A stretch of 55,138 bases of DNA from a virus. Lineage: Duplodnaviria; Caudoviricetes. Position numbers and translations under genes: made by a program. Positions 1 to 8,816 of the stretch are shown piece after piece (position 1 is the stretch's first letter; the number at the start of each line of letters is the position of its first letter). The stretch covers positions 1-55,138 of the IMG/VR virus record IMGVR_UViG_3300027861_000039; one strand, given 5' to 3'. The notes under the pieces are model-generated. The model searched no databases, had not been told where the DNA came from, and saw only the letters and a program-made list of their open reading frames with translations.

Positions 1-1347
1 GGCTGTAAACATGTCTCCAGTTCCAGTATAAGTTATAATATCTTGTTGAGGGTTATGACCTCTAATTGATGAATTAACACCAAAGACAATTCTATCCGTT
101 CCGATATTAGTTGCACCAATTAAAGTGTAAGTTGTATTATCAGCTAATGTGATTACTCCAGTTATTGCTGCTGGTAAAGCATCACCAACATTAATAAAAT
201 CTGATACATCAACCTTCTTCAGATTACCTGTATCACCAGTATCTGATATTAATAGGAAGTCTCCACTTACAGCAGTAACTGTAGTTTTATTTGTTATAGA
301 TGTTTTATCTACAGTCAACACTCCCGATCCTGTTACTTCTCCCGTATGAGTGGCATTAGTTACTTTAGAACTGTTGACCGTAACCGAAGTATTATTGCTA
401 ACCTCCGTGTCGAAGTCTGAAATTGTGGAAGCGACTTGTGTACCTGTGTGATTCGCCCTATTCCTGTCGGTCGTGTTTGCTATCGCTTGTGCAGTTGATA
501 CGGGCTTATCTGCATCTGAAGTGTTATCTACATTTGGAAGTTCTATTGTGACATGGTTTATATCACTGACTTTAGCATTGTTTAAAACATGATCATCATA
601 TATTGCCTCAGACATTATTCCGGCAGTTGTGGCAGTAGCAGCATTAATTGTAGCGTCAGTTCCATCAGAGCTGGTTACAACTACCGTACTAGCATTATGT
701 GTTGTAGCTAAATCAGTTGTTACATTAGTTACTTTAGCGGTGTTAGTATCAACATCTGCTTGTATTGTTGCTAAACTTGCTGCTGTGACAGCTCTTGTTG
801 TGTCTGTTCCAATATCCACTTCAGCTAATGTTGCAAGCTCTACAATACCTTCTATAGTTACGGTAGCACTTACCTCATCACCAGTATTAGTTCCAGTAAT
901 GGCATCTAGTTTAGTTTTATCAGCACCTGTCTGAAGACCAGCTAAAGACGTTGTTGCTGCTGGAAGAGTTGCATCTGTACCATCAGAACTTGTTACTGTT
1001 CCAGTTGTTGCTGCTGTAGTGTAAGCTAAGTCAGTTGTTACATTAGTTACTTTAGCATTATTGGTAGTTATGTCAGAAGCTTGAGTAGGTGTTATTCCCA
1101 CTTTTGCATTATTTAAACCTACTTCTGTATCTAAAGTAGCATGTGTTTTTACACCTATATTACTTAATAATAAGTGATCTGTTACTCCACCTCCACCAGC
1201 ACTAATTGGAAGGGGTATTCCATCAGACTTCATATAGTAAGGTTCTACTGTTCCAGCCCCATCATCGTAGATATATTCTAAAGTTCTACCAGCTGCTGGA
1301 GCACTAGGATGTGCTAGAAGTACTGGTCTGTTTATTAATCCACTCAT
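1..1347 (-). CDS. Tail fibre / receptor-binding-like virion protein (runs off window edge)
   Basis: Not in ORF track. ATG at 1347 after AAGGA; MSGLINRPVLLAHPSAP..., Thr/Ala-rich with repeats NAKVTNVTTDL..SSDGTDAT and fibre-type motifs GIVELAT and DKPVSTAQ; downstream of tail genes. Confidence 0.7.
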   Translation of the reverse strand, partial: MSGLINRPVLLAHPSAPAAGRTLEYIYDDGAGTVEPYYMKSDGIPLPISAGGGGVTDHLLLSNIGVKTHATLDTEVGLNNAKVGITPTQASDITTNNAKVTNVTTDLAYTTAATTGTVTSSDGTDATLPAATTSLAGLQTGADKTKLDAITGTNTGDEVSATVTIEGIVELATLAEVDIGTDTTRAVTAASLATIQADVDTNTAKVTNVTTDLATTHNASTVVVTSSDGTDATINAATATTAGIMSEAIYDDHVLNNAKVSDINHVTIELPNVDNTSDADKPVSTAQAIANTTDRNRANHTGTQVASTISDFDTEVSNNTSVTVNSSKVTNATHTGEVTGSGVLTVDKTSITNKTTVTAVSGDFLLISDTGDTGNLKKVDVSDFINVGDALPAAITGVITLADNTTYTLIGATNIGTDRIVFGVNSSIRGHNPQQDIITYTGTGDMFTA

Positions 1348-1359
1348 ATTATTCCTTGA

Positions 1360-1536
1360 TTATAGTAAATACAATTCTCCGTCGATAATCATGTCACCAT
1401 CAACGATGGGGTCTTTGAGAATCAACACTTTATTTGCAGGGACACATATGTCTCCAGTAAATCTTGTTCTTATGTAATTAAATACTTTACCAACCCTATC
1501 AAAAGCATTGGTAAATGGATTAAATCTATAACTCAT
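1360..1536 (-). CDS. Small 58 aa tail-associated protein
   Basis: Not in ORF track. MSYRFNPFTNAFDRV...DGELYLL*, fills the gap between flanking genes. Confidence 0.65.
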   Translation of the reverse strand: MSYRFNPFTNAFDRVGKVFNYIRTRFTGDICVPANKVLILKDPIVDGDMIIDGELYLL

Positions 1537-2128
1537 TGTATGTCACCTTTAAAATATCTTCCTTACAGGCATCGGTGTAATCAATAGTAACTGTTCTAAC
1601 TGATACTGCCGATAGCGTGTAAGTAAATAGTTCTTGTGTTGTTGTTGGGTATGTAATGTCTATTTCATCATAATCTACACCAGGAGTTAATGTATCTGGC
1701 TTTACGGGTATTGGGTTATCTACATTGTAACTACGACCTAAATAATCAACGCTAAACATTCTTAGGGCTACAGTTGGTTCTTGCTCATATATAGCAGCCC
1801 AAACATCATCAGGCTTAAGTCTTACCTTATCTTGTTCTTGAGCACGAATCCCTGCACCATCAGCTACAGTATAAGCTGATATGTTTGTTCTTGATAGTAA
1901 ATTTCCTTTAGGATTTTGTTTATCTTTTATTGGTCCTACCAAGAGTATGGTAGTAGATATTACTTTTTTAACTTCTAATCTTAAATCTAGTTGTGTATTG
2001 GAAGATAAAACAATTTTTTGTTTTACTTTAAAGTTTTCGACATCATTTAATGTAACAGTACCATCTTCTCCACCATCTGCTGTAAACAGTAGTGTGTCTT
2101 GACGCTCCCATTTGCGTTCAATTGCCAT
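1526..2128 (-). CDS. Hypothetical virion protein
   Basis: 200 aa ORF with AAGAGG upstream, in tail cluster. Confidence 0.6.
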   Translation of the reverse strand: MAIERKWERQDTLLFTADGGEDGTVTLNDVENFKVKQKIVLSSNTQLDLRLEVKKVISTTILLVGPIKDKQNPKGNLLSRTNISAYTVADGAGIRAQEQDKVRLKPDDVWAAIYEQEPTVALRMFSVDYLGRSYNVDNPIPVKPDTLTPGVDYDEIDITYPTTTQELFTYTLSAVSVRTVTIDYTDACKEDILKVTYNEL

Positions 2129-2170
2129 CTTCCCATACCTCTTGGATATGACCGTTCATATCCGAAAAAT

Positions 2171-2193
2171 AAAAAGGAGGTATAAACCTCCTT
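2171..2193 (-). terminator. Intrinsic terminator after tube/holin-like genes
   Basis: Minus strand AAGGAGGT-TTAT-ACCTCCTT followed by a T-rich run. Confidence 0.7.
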
Positions 2194-2214
2194 CTTTATA
2201 CTTTATTTAATTTA

Positions 2215-2556
2215 TTAGTACCAGCCAAATATTTTGCCTAAACCAGCAGCGATACTTACCGTAATAGCTACAACCCCAGCTATCTTCATATACTTTTTTC
2301 TTAAGTATGCCTTCGCTTTAACTGGTTCTTCTAAGGTATCAAGTCTACCGTCACGAACAACGCCAGCATCACGATTTTGGATTACACCTTCTTTGTGTTC
2401 TCTTAAATCTTCTTCGATACGTCCAGTTCTAGCGTCAGATTGAGTTTGCCATTTGACAGTTTCTTCACGATGAGCAGAAGAGAGTTTTGCGTGTTCTCTC
2501 TGTTCATCTCTCATATCTTTCATTAATTCTAACATTAATTCAGATTCCCTACTCAT
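2215..2556 (-). CDS. Coiled-coil protein with C-terminal TM helix (holin/XhlA-like)
   Basis: Charged helical body, then KKYMK-IAGVVAITVSIAAGLGKIFGW. Confidence 0.5.
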   Translation of the reverse strand: MSRESELMLELMKDMRDEQREHAKLSSAHREETVKWQTQSDARTGRIEEDLREHKEGVIQNRDAGVVRDGRLDTLEEPVKAKAYLRKKYMKIAGVVAITVSIAAGLGKIFGWY

Positions 2557-2568
2557 TTAAACCTCTAG

Positions 2569-3030
2569 TTATGGTAAACTTACTGCTCCACCTTCGTCTT
2601 GAGCGCCTGACTCGTCAGATGCGTGTGTTCCAAGATACGAAATTTGAACTCTAGAGTTAGCCTTAGCATTGCCTCCAGTACTATACGATACTGGGATACA
2701 ATTCTGAACAGTCATTATTGGTTCAGAACCTGCTTCAGCTTGTCTGTCAACCATCGCCAGTGTTATTGATTCTAAGTTTAATAGGTCTTGAAGTTTTGGA
2801 AACTTTGGAAGTATGTGACCGCCATTACCTATAATTCTAAAACCTGAACAGTTTACGCTCACGGCTTCATAAGAAGTTTGCGTGATTTCAGCAGCTCCGT
2901 ATCGACCTAAAATGTGAACTGGTTCAGCTCCGATATTAACTGAATATGAACAGCTATCGAAAATACCAACTAGTACGTTGTCCACGTAAACTTTTGCACG
3001 GGCACCATTAAAAACCTTAGCTTTTGCCAT
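2569..3030 (-). CDS. Tail tube protein
   Basis: 153 aa, downstream of sheath; beta-rich pattern FNGARAKVYVD..VG..EPVHILG...EI typical of myovirus tubes. Confidence 0.75.
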   Translation of the reverse strand: MAKAKVFNGARAKVYVDNVLVGIFDSCSYSVNIGAEPVHILGRYGAAEITQTSYEAVSVNCSGFRIIGNGGHILPKFPKLQDLLNLESITLAMVDRQAEAGSEPIMTVQNCIPVSYSTGGNAKANSRVQISYLGTHASDESGAQDEGGAVSLP

Positions 3031-3048
3031 TTCTTTACTCCTATTATT

Positions 3049-3705
3049 TTAAATATTGTCATTTATTCTTTCAAACAAATAACCTTTATGTTGTTTTCTA
3101 GTATTTATTAAGCACGATCTAATATGACCGCTATTTATTTTTAAATCTTTAGCGCATTCAGTTGTCATTAACCATTCACCAACATATTCGCCTTTTTTAT
3201 AAACACTTAGTTGATTTTTCTTCCTAAAACTTACACGTATTGCTTTGTAAACCCTAAAAGGTTTTGAGCCGTTACTTATTGCCCATTTTTCGTCTTTAAC
3301 GAGTTTTAAACCATTTACCCTAGCTATCCCTGACTTCTCTTCTTTAGATATTTTAGGAATTTGTTTTCTACCTAAAAGACTATTGCTTATTTTATCCCTA
3401 ACAGACTGTGGCATCTTAAAATTCTTACCGCCAGGCAATATGTTGTAACCGTTTTGATCAGTTAAACTTTTAAACATATAGATGTAGTGTTGCTCTAAAT
3501 AATTTAATTCGCTTAAACTATTAGCCCCATCAATCTCTTCTATTATAAAACTATCTTCACCGTATTTGCGGATAGCTCTATAGAAAGGATAATTAAAACT
3601 TCTACCATCTCTTAAATGCTGTTTCCACCTATCGCTCAAAGGTCTAATGGTTTGACCTATATAGACCTTATCGTTTACTGTATTCGTTACTTTATAAATT
3701 ACCAA
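3049..3705 (-). CDS. Free-standing GIY-YIG homing endonuclease (copy 1)
   Basis: VIYKVTN..YIGQT..R..H..AIRKYG..ELNYLE..NGYN, C-terminal NUMOD1-like HTH; between sheath and tube. Confidence 0.9.
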   Translation of the reverse strand: MVIYKVTNTVNDKVYIGQTIRPLSDRWKQHLRDGRSFNYPFYRAIRKYGEDSFIIEEIDGANSLSELNYLEQHYIYMFKSLTDQNGYNILPGGKNFKMPQSVRDKISNSLLGRKQIPKISKEEKSGIARVNGLKLVKDEKWAISNGSKPFRVYKAIRVSFRKKNQLSVYKKGEYVGEWLMTTECAKDLKINSGHIRSCLINTRKQHKGYLFERINDNI

Positions 3706-3707
3706 TA

Positions 3708-5858
3708 TTAACTTGCAGAGTTAGTAACTTGACTAACTTCAATTGAAATTGGTATGAAATAGATACCTGTACTAGGTTTAATTTCTAAACTAACAGTCAT
3801 AACTGGACCGCTGATTGTAACTTTCGCATTCTTAAATCCAAGAGGAGCGTCGTCAGATGCTGTAATTAGTTTTTGTTTCTTATAAGAATCCATCTTAGAG
3901 GCTAGGAAAGAAAGCGCAGTAGAAGAATCTACGTCGGCTAATGACTTACCAGTAAACGCCGTATGGAAACTTTGAGATAGATCAAGAGATACAAGATCGA
4001 CAGCATACATTGCTTGAATTGAGTTATATACAAAGTTTGTATCTTGCCCGTAAGATGTTTGGTCAGATACCCATTTGTTACCGCCAACCTCTTGCTCAAG
4101 AAACAATAGACCTGCGTCTAGCGCTCCAGAAATATCTCCTTTTGAGCCTGAATCAAAACCACTAGGGTCTGTGAAGCTAATGATGTTTGCAGATTTATTT
4201 ACAATTGGTTTGTAAAAACCAGCGGTTTGCATTCCAGCAGCGATACAAGCAGTATGCCAAGGAAAGAAAGATTGAGTAGTTCCAGAAGAATCTACCTGAC
4301 TTGATTTTTGCATTGCTACAGATACTCGAGCGCTAGCAGCAGTACTTGCTTCAGCTTTTGCTTCGGTATAGCTATCGTTCCAGTAACTTACGATTGCACT
4401 TCTGTGCTTTCTTACAGCAGCTGTTGACATTTTTAGTACGTGACTTTTAACTAAAGCATTGGTAGCTGAGATTGTATATGTTGAAGAGCTATCAGTTAAA
4501 CCGTCTGTGATATCAGCGGTAGCGTCTCGTGAAAAGAGAGGGACTACAAAGTTAGCATTAACGCCTTCAATTGCAATAGTTGCCGCTACAATATCGGCTG
4601 CTACAGTTGCTCCTCTAGCGCCTGTAAACAAGTAGTCTACAGCTGCCATAGTGTCTGGTAAACCAGCAGTTGCAGTAGCAACGAAGTCTAAAGATACTGA
4701 CTGCCCTACGGCTGTCTTAAAGTTACTAAGACCTTTCTTGATTTTACCAGGAGTAACACTTGCTGCAGTTGAGCAAATTCCAATTGCAGCTACAATATCT
4801 AATTGAGATGTTGGAGATTGTGATGAGCCTGAGTCAGCGCTAGCAGTGTAGCCTGTTCTAGAATTTATAAAATCAGCTAAGTCTTTTATGGTAGCATATT
4901 TTGAAATATCAACGCTTAGATTAGCTCCAGCGCCGGCAACAACAGTAGTTGTAAGGGTTGTTCCAGAGATAGTAAGAGTTGCGGTTGTTCCAACGTAGCC
5001 AACAGACATTGATACTTGAGCTTCAGCTATGTGACTTTCGTCAACGTTAGTATCAGCTCGTTTAATATCGATTTGATGTTGAGGCTCTTGAGAAGATGTA
5101 TATAAACCTTCAGTTAATTTAAGTGCAGCGAGATCGCCAGGAGTACTGTCGATAAGTTCAAAAGATTTACTAAAACCTTTAGTGTGAGCTGTTGCATCCG
5201 TATCTGATTCAATTTTAAGAGAATCAGCGGCAGTACCAGCAACACAACTAAAATTTGCAGGTAGAGCCGCATCTATTAAGGCAATCACTTCTGCAATAGT
5301 ATCGTAATCCCCAGCAGCTCCACCAAATACAGCTATTACTGATTCAGCGCCGCCTTGAGGTCTGATTGTAAATGATACGCCCGATAAAGCTCCAAAGTCA
5401 GTAATGACAGTACCTTCATGAGAGGCTCCAACTTCAGCAGCAACTTCCGTTACTTGGTAAAAATATCGATTACCGTCAATTCCAAAGTTCTTATCAGTAA
5501 GACTACCGTAAGCAGATGCTACCGTAGCGGTTGCTTGAACCCCAGCGTTTGTTTTAACAATGTAAATTCTATTGGCAGAGCCTGTAATGTCGGCGTCAGC
5601 ACTAGGAGATGAGAGCGCTCTAAAAGCGTCTACGATCTGACCAGATAGGTATTTGTTTGTAACCTCTTTAAGTTGATCTGGAGTAAACCAGTTATCTTTA
5701 AGACTTTCAGCAGTATACTTAGCGCCGCCGTCAGCTTCACCTATAATGATGATATTACCGCTAGAAGCAACGCCAACTGGGTTAGACTTGACATTAACCT
5801 CGAAAGGCGCACCTGGAATGTTAGTGTTTATAAAACTTGTGGTGACTCTTTGTGACAT
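3708..5858 (-). CDS. Contractile tail sheath protein
   Basis: 716 aa; N-terminal IPG...IIIIGEADGG, C-terminal ALDAGLLFL...DQT...IYFIPISI sheath pattern. Confidence 0.85.
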   Translation of the reverse strand: MSQRVTTSFINTNIPGAPFEVNVKSNPVGVASSGNIIIIGEADGGAKYTAESLKDNWFTPDQLKEVTNKYLSGQIVDAFRALSSPSADADITGSANRIYIVKTNAGVQATATVASAYGSLTDKNFGIDGNRYFYQVTEVAAEVGASHEGTVITDFGALSGVSFTIRPQGGAESVIAVFGGAAGDYDTIAEVIALIDAALPANFSCVAGTAADSLKIESDTDATAHTKGFSKSFELIDSTPGDLAALKLTEGLYTSSQEPQHQIDIKRADTNVDESHIAEAQVSMSVGYVGTTATLTISGTTLTTTVVAGAGANLSVDISKYATIKDLADFINSRTGYTASADSGSSQSPTSQLDIVAAIGICSTAASVTPGKIKKGLSNFKTAVGQSVSLDFVATATAGLPDTMAAVDYLFTGARGATVAADIVAATIAIEGVNANFVVPLFSRDATADITDGLTDSSSTYTISATNALVKSHVLKMSTAAVRKHRSAIVSYWNDSYTEAKAEASTAASARVSVAMQKSSQVDSSGTTQSFFPWHTACIAAGMQTAGFYKPIVNKSANIISFTDPSGFDSGSKGDISGALDAGLLFLEQEVGGNKWVSDQTSYGQDTNFVYNSIQAMYAVDLVSLDLSQSFHTAFTGKSLADVDSSTALSFLASKMDSYKKQKLITASDDAPLGFKNAKVTISGPVMTVSLEIKPSTGIYFIPISIEVSQVTNSAS

Positions 5859-5877
5859 ATTACTATCCCCTTAATGA

Positions 5878-6168
5878 TTATAACTTGTATCCAAAATGGT
5901 TAATACCTTCTTGAAATTTTTCTTTCTTATCAAAACCAGAAGCCTTAAAGTGCATCCAGATAACGTTTTCCAAATCTCTACCAAGCTTAAGCTTGCCTTT
6001 GATTTTAATGAAAAATTTCCTAAACTCTTCCCTACTATCTTCAACAGCTTCTTTCTTCTTTTGAGCTTCGTGAAGTAGGCGTCTTTTCTTCTTAGCTTCA
6101 GCAAACTGATCTTTAACTTCTTTATGCTCTTCAGCTACCAATGCTTTATCTTTCTTACTCTTAGCCAT
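5878..6168 (-). CDS. Hypothetical basic protein
   Basis: 96 aa ORF with GAGG SD, directly upstream of sheath. Confidence 0.7.
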   Translation of the reverse strand: MAKSKKDKALVAEEHKEVKDQFAEAKKKRRLLHEAQKKKEAVEDSREEFRKFFIKIKGKLKLGRDLENVIWMHFKASGFDKKEKFQEGINHFGYKL

Positions 6169-6189
6169 AATTATTCCTCAATTAATGGT

Positions 6190-6351
6190 TTAAAGCCCTT
6201 TTTTAGTACCAATACCTAAGAATCTTTCCATACCTTCGGTCTTAGCCTTTTTCTTCTTTTGAGCTTCCAAATCGTTTGGCTTACTCGGAATCTCTTGTCG
6301 TGGCTCGGGCTGACCACCAGTAGGACTCTGCATAGATGGATTCCCATCCAT
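6190..6351 (-). CDS. 53 aa ORF, possibly the -1 frameshift extension of 6360-6878
   Basis: Not in ORF track. MDGNPSMQSP...GMERFLGIGTKKGL*; no well-spaced SD. Confidence 0.55.
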   Translation of the reverse strand: MDGNPSMQSPTGGQPEPRQEIPSKPNDLEAQKKKKAKTEGMERFLGIGTKKGL

Positions 6352-6359
6352 TCTCTTAT

Positions 6360-6878
6360 TTAACCCTTTTTTTTTAAGGCTTTAGCTGCCATAAACTTCA
6401 TCAGAGGTTTCTCTGATTTTTCAAAAGGTTTCTTGTCTTTTTTATCGTCTTTTTTCTCTTCTTTATCTTCAACGTCGTCAGAGTCAGCTTCATCAGACTC
6501 TTGAGCTGCTGCTTTGTCGTCTTTTTCAGACTCTTCAGCGTCAGATTCAGATTCTGTAGCGTCATGAGACTCTTTTTCTTCTGAAGACATATCTTCTTCA
6601 TGCTCTGGCATATCTTCGTCATAGTCCATATCTTCAGAGTCTTCCGATTCGCCGTCTTTTTTCTTCTTTTTCTCGCCATCGCCAGGTTTAGTGACTTCGC
6701 CGCTTTCTAACTGTTCTGGACATTCAGCCTCATCATTGTTAGGCTCACTACCTGTTTCGAGTTCGTGAGAAGAGTTTGACTTAGATAAGTCGCTGTTTTT
6801 ATACAGTTCTTCACACTTCTTAAGAATAGCTTCAGCTACCTCTCCTGCGGTGTAAGTTTTGTCCTTATTTTCAGCCAT
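6360..6878 (-). CDS. Acidic low-complexity putative internal head protein
   Basis: D/E-rich core bracketed by LSKS and FEKSE motifs; CAATCTTTA and AGAGG upstream. Confidence 0.6.
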   Translation of the reverse strand: MAENKDKTYTAGEVAEAILKKCEELYKNSDLSKSNSSHELETGSEPNNDEAECPEQLESGEVTKPGDGEKKKKKDGESEDSEDMDYDEDMPEHEEDMSSEEKESHDATESESDAEESEKDDKAAAQESDEADSDDVEDKEEKKDDKKDKKPFEKSEKPLMKFMAAKALKKKG

Positions 6879-6906
6879 AATTAGTCCTCTATGTTATCCA
6901 ATATAC

Positions 6907-6915
6907 TAAAGATTG
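6907..6915 (-). promoter_or_regulatory. CAATCTTTA putative late promoter element
   Basis: Recurs at 7541, 8792, 13968, 16244, 26188, 27594, 29437, 48714 (-) and 39110 (+), each on the sense strand just upstream of a gene start, mostly morphogenesis genes. Confidence 0.75.
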
Positions 6916-7524
6916 TTATTTATGTGTGTTTTTGATGAATTTCTTAAGTTTATTAATCCCTTTTTCGCTTTTAACAAAATCAACTTCAGATTTAGGTAAG
7001 TTAGGTTTTTTCATACGTCTCTGTTCACTTATAACCTTACGATGTTGATCTCTAACATCACTATTATTTTCTCTATTAGAAACAGCACCCCAATCGGAAG
7101 TGGCACGTCTTTTGTTTCCTTTAACATACGAGCCGGACTCTGACTGTCCAGGTTTGTTTTTCTTCTTGTCAACATATCTATTAAAATCCCTGTCAGGCAA
7201 ATGAACACCCTTTTCTTTAGTTCTTTTTTCTTTATATTTAGCTTGCCACTTGGATTTTTTACCTTCAGACACATCTTGATTGTGTCTTTTTCCAGCTCTA
7301 TTGCTTTTATTCATTTGAGCAGTTCTTTTAGGTGGGACTTTATCTTTAGCCTCAGCTATAAAATTTGGGTCCATCAAATCAGCAACTGCGTCTTTTCCAG
7401 TATCACCGTGAGCTTTTTGTCTAATTTTAGATGTAGAAGTTCCAAGCGCCTTTTTTATAGTTTTATGCACTGCCTTGTACATAGATTTTGCTATAAATTC
7501 CGCTTCTTCTTTAGTGTATTTCAT
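6916..7524 (-). CDS. Basic putative internal head protein
   Basis: K/R-rich; IAKS, MYKA, IKKA, MNKS, LPKSE, FVKSE motifs; CAATCTTTA upstream. Confidence 0.6.
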   Translation of the reverse strand: MKYTKEEAEFIAKSMYKAVHKTIKKALGTSTSKIRQKAHGDTGKDAVADLMDPNFIAEAKDKVPPKRTAQMNKSNRAGKRHNQDVSEGKKSKWQAKYKEKRTKEKGVHLPDRDFNRYVDKKKNKPGQSESGSYVKGNKRRATSDWGAVSNRENNSDVRDQHRKVISEQRRMKKPNLPKSEVDFVKSEKGINKLKKFIKNTHK

Positions 7525-7540
7525 TAATTACCTCTTATGT

Positions 7541-7549
7541 TAAAGATTG
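7541..7549 (-). promoter_or_regulatory. CAATCTTTA putative late promoter element
   Basis: Exact motif copy followed by AGAGG SD and ATG. Confidence 0.75.
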
Positions 7550-7552
7550 CTA

Positions 7553-8542
7553 TTAAGCATCTTCATCAATCGTAACCCAAAGGTCATTATCTTCCTCTTC
7601 AGAACCATCCACTGTAGGTAAATTACTACAAACTTTAATACCAGCCGTATCTAAGGCGTCGCCTTTTTCGATAAGCTCAAAAGCCTCAATAACCCTATAT
7701 GGAGATTTAATCCAACTTTCTTCAGTCTGTCCTGTTAGTATGATGTATCTTGAGTAGATGTTTTCAGACTGAAACGCATCATTCTTAATCATGTCAGTGC
7801 ATTTGATAGAGCTTAGCTGAAAATTGTTGTATTCAAACAGCCCTTCTCTATATCTAAGCATAGCGTATTTAACTAAATTAAATAAAAATATAGTATTCAT
7901 TGGGTCGCCGTGAGCATGACATCCAATATTGTACTGCTCTTGATTTATAATTCTTTCTCTTCTAGCTCTGTATATTTGGTATTGAGGTATAATTGCTAAC
8001 TCATCAACATCTAAGTCAGAGTCAATATCTATCCTAAAAGTAGTGGCGCTTATCTTTTCTCTAATGATAAATCCATTACCAGTTTTTGGGTCTATAGCAA
8101 CCATATCAGCGCCAACATGCTGAAAGCCACTTAAGTTAGCTGGAACTGTTATAACTCCAGTGGTTTTCTCATAGTTAGCTACTTGAAAGGGTTTTACAAT
8201 AAAGGCAATTGGCTGTCCGATATCTGACGGGTCAAGAGTTTCAATATCAATATCTTGATCACCTAACGTTGCTAGAGAATCATCCTCATCAGACTTACCC
8301 ATAGCTATAGTTACTTGAGGAAATGCTTCAGTATCGGTAACCAGCTTCATACTGTATTGAATTTTGTTATTCTTAATCCACTCTTTAGCTCTATTGATTT
8401 CTTCCTGACCATACTTAGCCTTTAAGATAGGATTATCTACAAAATCAGAAAAGATATCATCAACCAACCAAAGGTTCTTTTTGATATCTTCAATAGCCAG
8501 CTCAATCGCTGTGCGTATAATTACGTCGCCTTGAAATAGAAT
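7553..8542 (-). CDS. Putative tail terminator/neck protein (ATT start)
   Basis: Frame open 75 nt beyond the track start to ATT at 8542, 6 nt after AGGAGG; FPQVTI motif; position upstream of sheath. Confidence 0.55.
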   Translation of the reverse strand: MLFQGDVIIRTAIELAIEDIKKNLWLVDDIFSDFVDNPILKAKYGQEEINRAKEWIKNNKIQYSMKLVTDTEAFPQVTIAMGKSDEDDSLATLGDQDIDIETLDPSDIGQPIAFIVKPFQVANYEKTTGVITVPANLSGFQHVGADMVAIDPKTGNGFIIREKISATTFRIDIDSDLDVDELAIIPQYQIYRARRERIINQEQYNIGCHAHGDPMNTIFLFNLVKYAMLRYREGLFEYNNFQLSSIKCTDMIKNDAFQSENIYSRYIILTGQTEESWIKSPYRVIEAFELIEKGDALDTAGIKVCSNLPTVDGSEEEDNDLWVTIDEDA

Positions 8543-8552
8543 AAAAGACCTC

Positions 8553-8741
8553 CTATAAAGGGTTGTTTAATAATGATAATATTACTAACGTCGGTAAAAA
8601 CAAAAAGAAACTCCTTCCTATCTTTTTATCGATAGTCCAAGATTTCCACTCTCTAGTAATATTAACTCTTTCACGACCTGCGATAATTAAACTTATTGTT
8701 TGTAATATTATCATCAAATCAATAGTATTCTGGTTATCCAT
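8553..8741 (-). CDS. Small protein with two hydrophobic segments
   Basis: 62 aa, downstream of late motif at 8792. Confidence 0.45.
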   Translation of the reverse strand: MDNQNTIDLMIILQTISLIIAGRERVNITREWKSWTIDKKIGRSFFLFLPTLVILSLLNNPL

Positions 8742-8772
8742 ATCTTCCCATTCTAATATAGCCCAATAATCG

Positions 8773-8800
8773 CAATCTATAAGCTATAAGTTAAAGATTG
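8773..8800. promoter_or_regulatory. Face-to-face pair of late-type elements
   Basis: CAATCTATA (+, 8773-8781) and CAATCTTTA (-, 8792-8800) within an 11 bp inverted repeat. Confidence 0.6.
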
Positions 8801-8816
8801 CGATTTAAGAGGGTGT

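Noticed and set aside
149-934. Plus-strand ORFs 149-349 and 629-934, and the many other short antisense or alternate-frame ORFs in the track
   Set aside because: Shadows of real genes on the opposite strand or frame; no SD and low-complexity mirror composition
3030-3710. Group I introns around the GIY-YIG genes
   Set aside because: Flanking genes look complete and abut the endonuclease ORFs within a few to tens of nt, leaving no room for a ribozyme core
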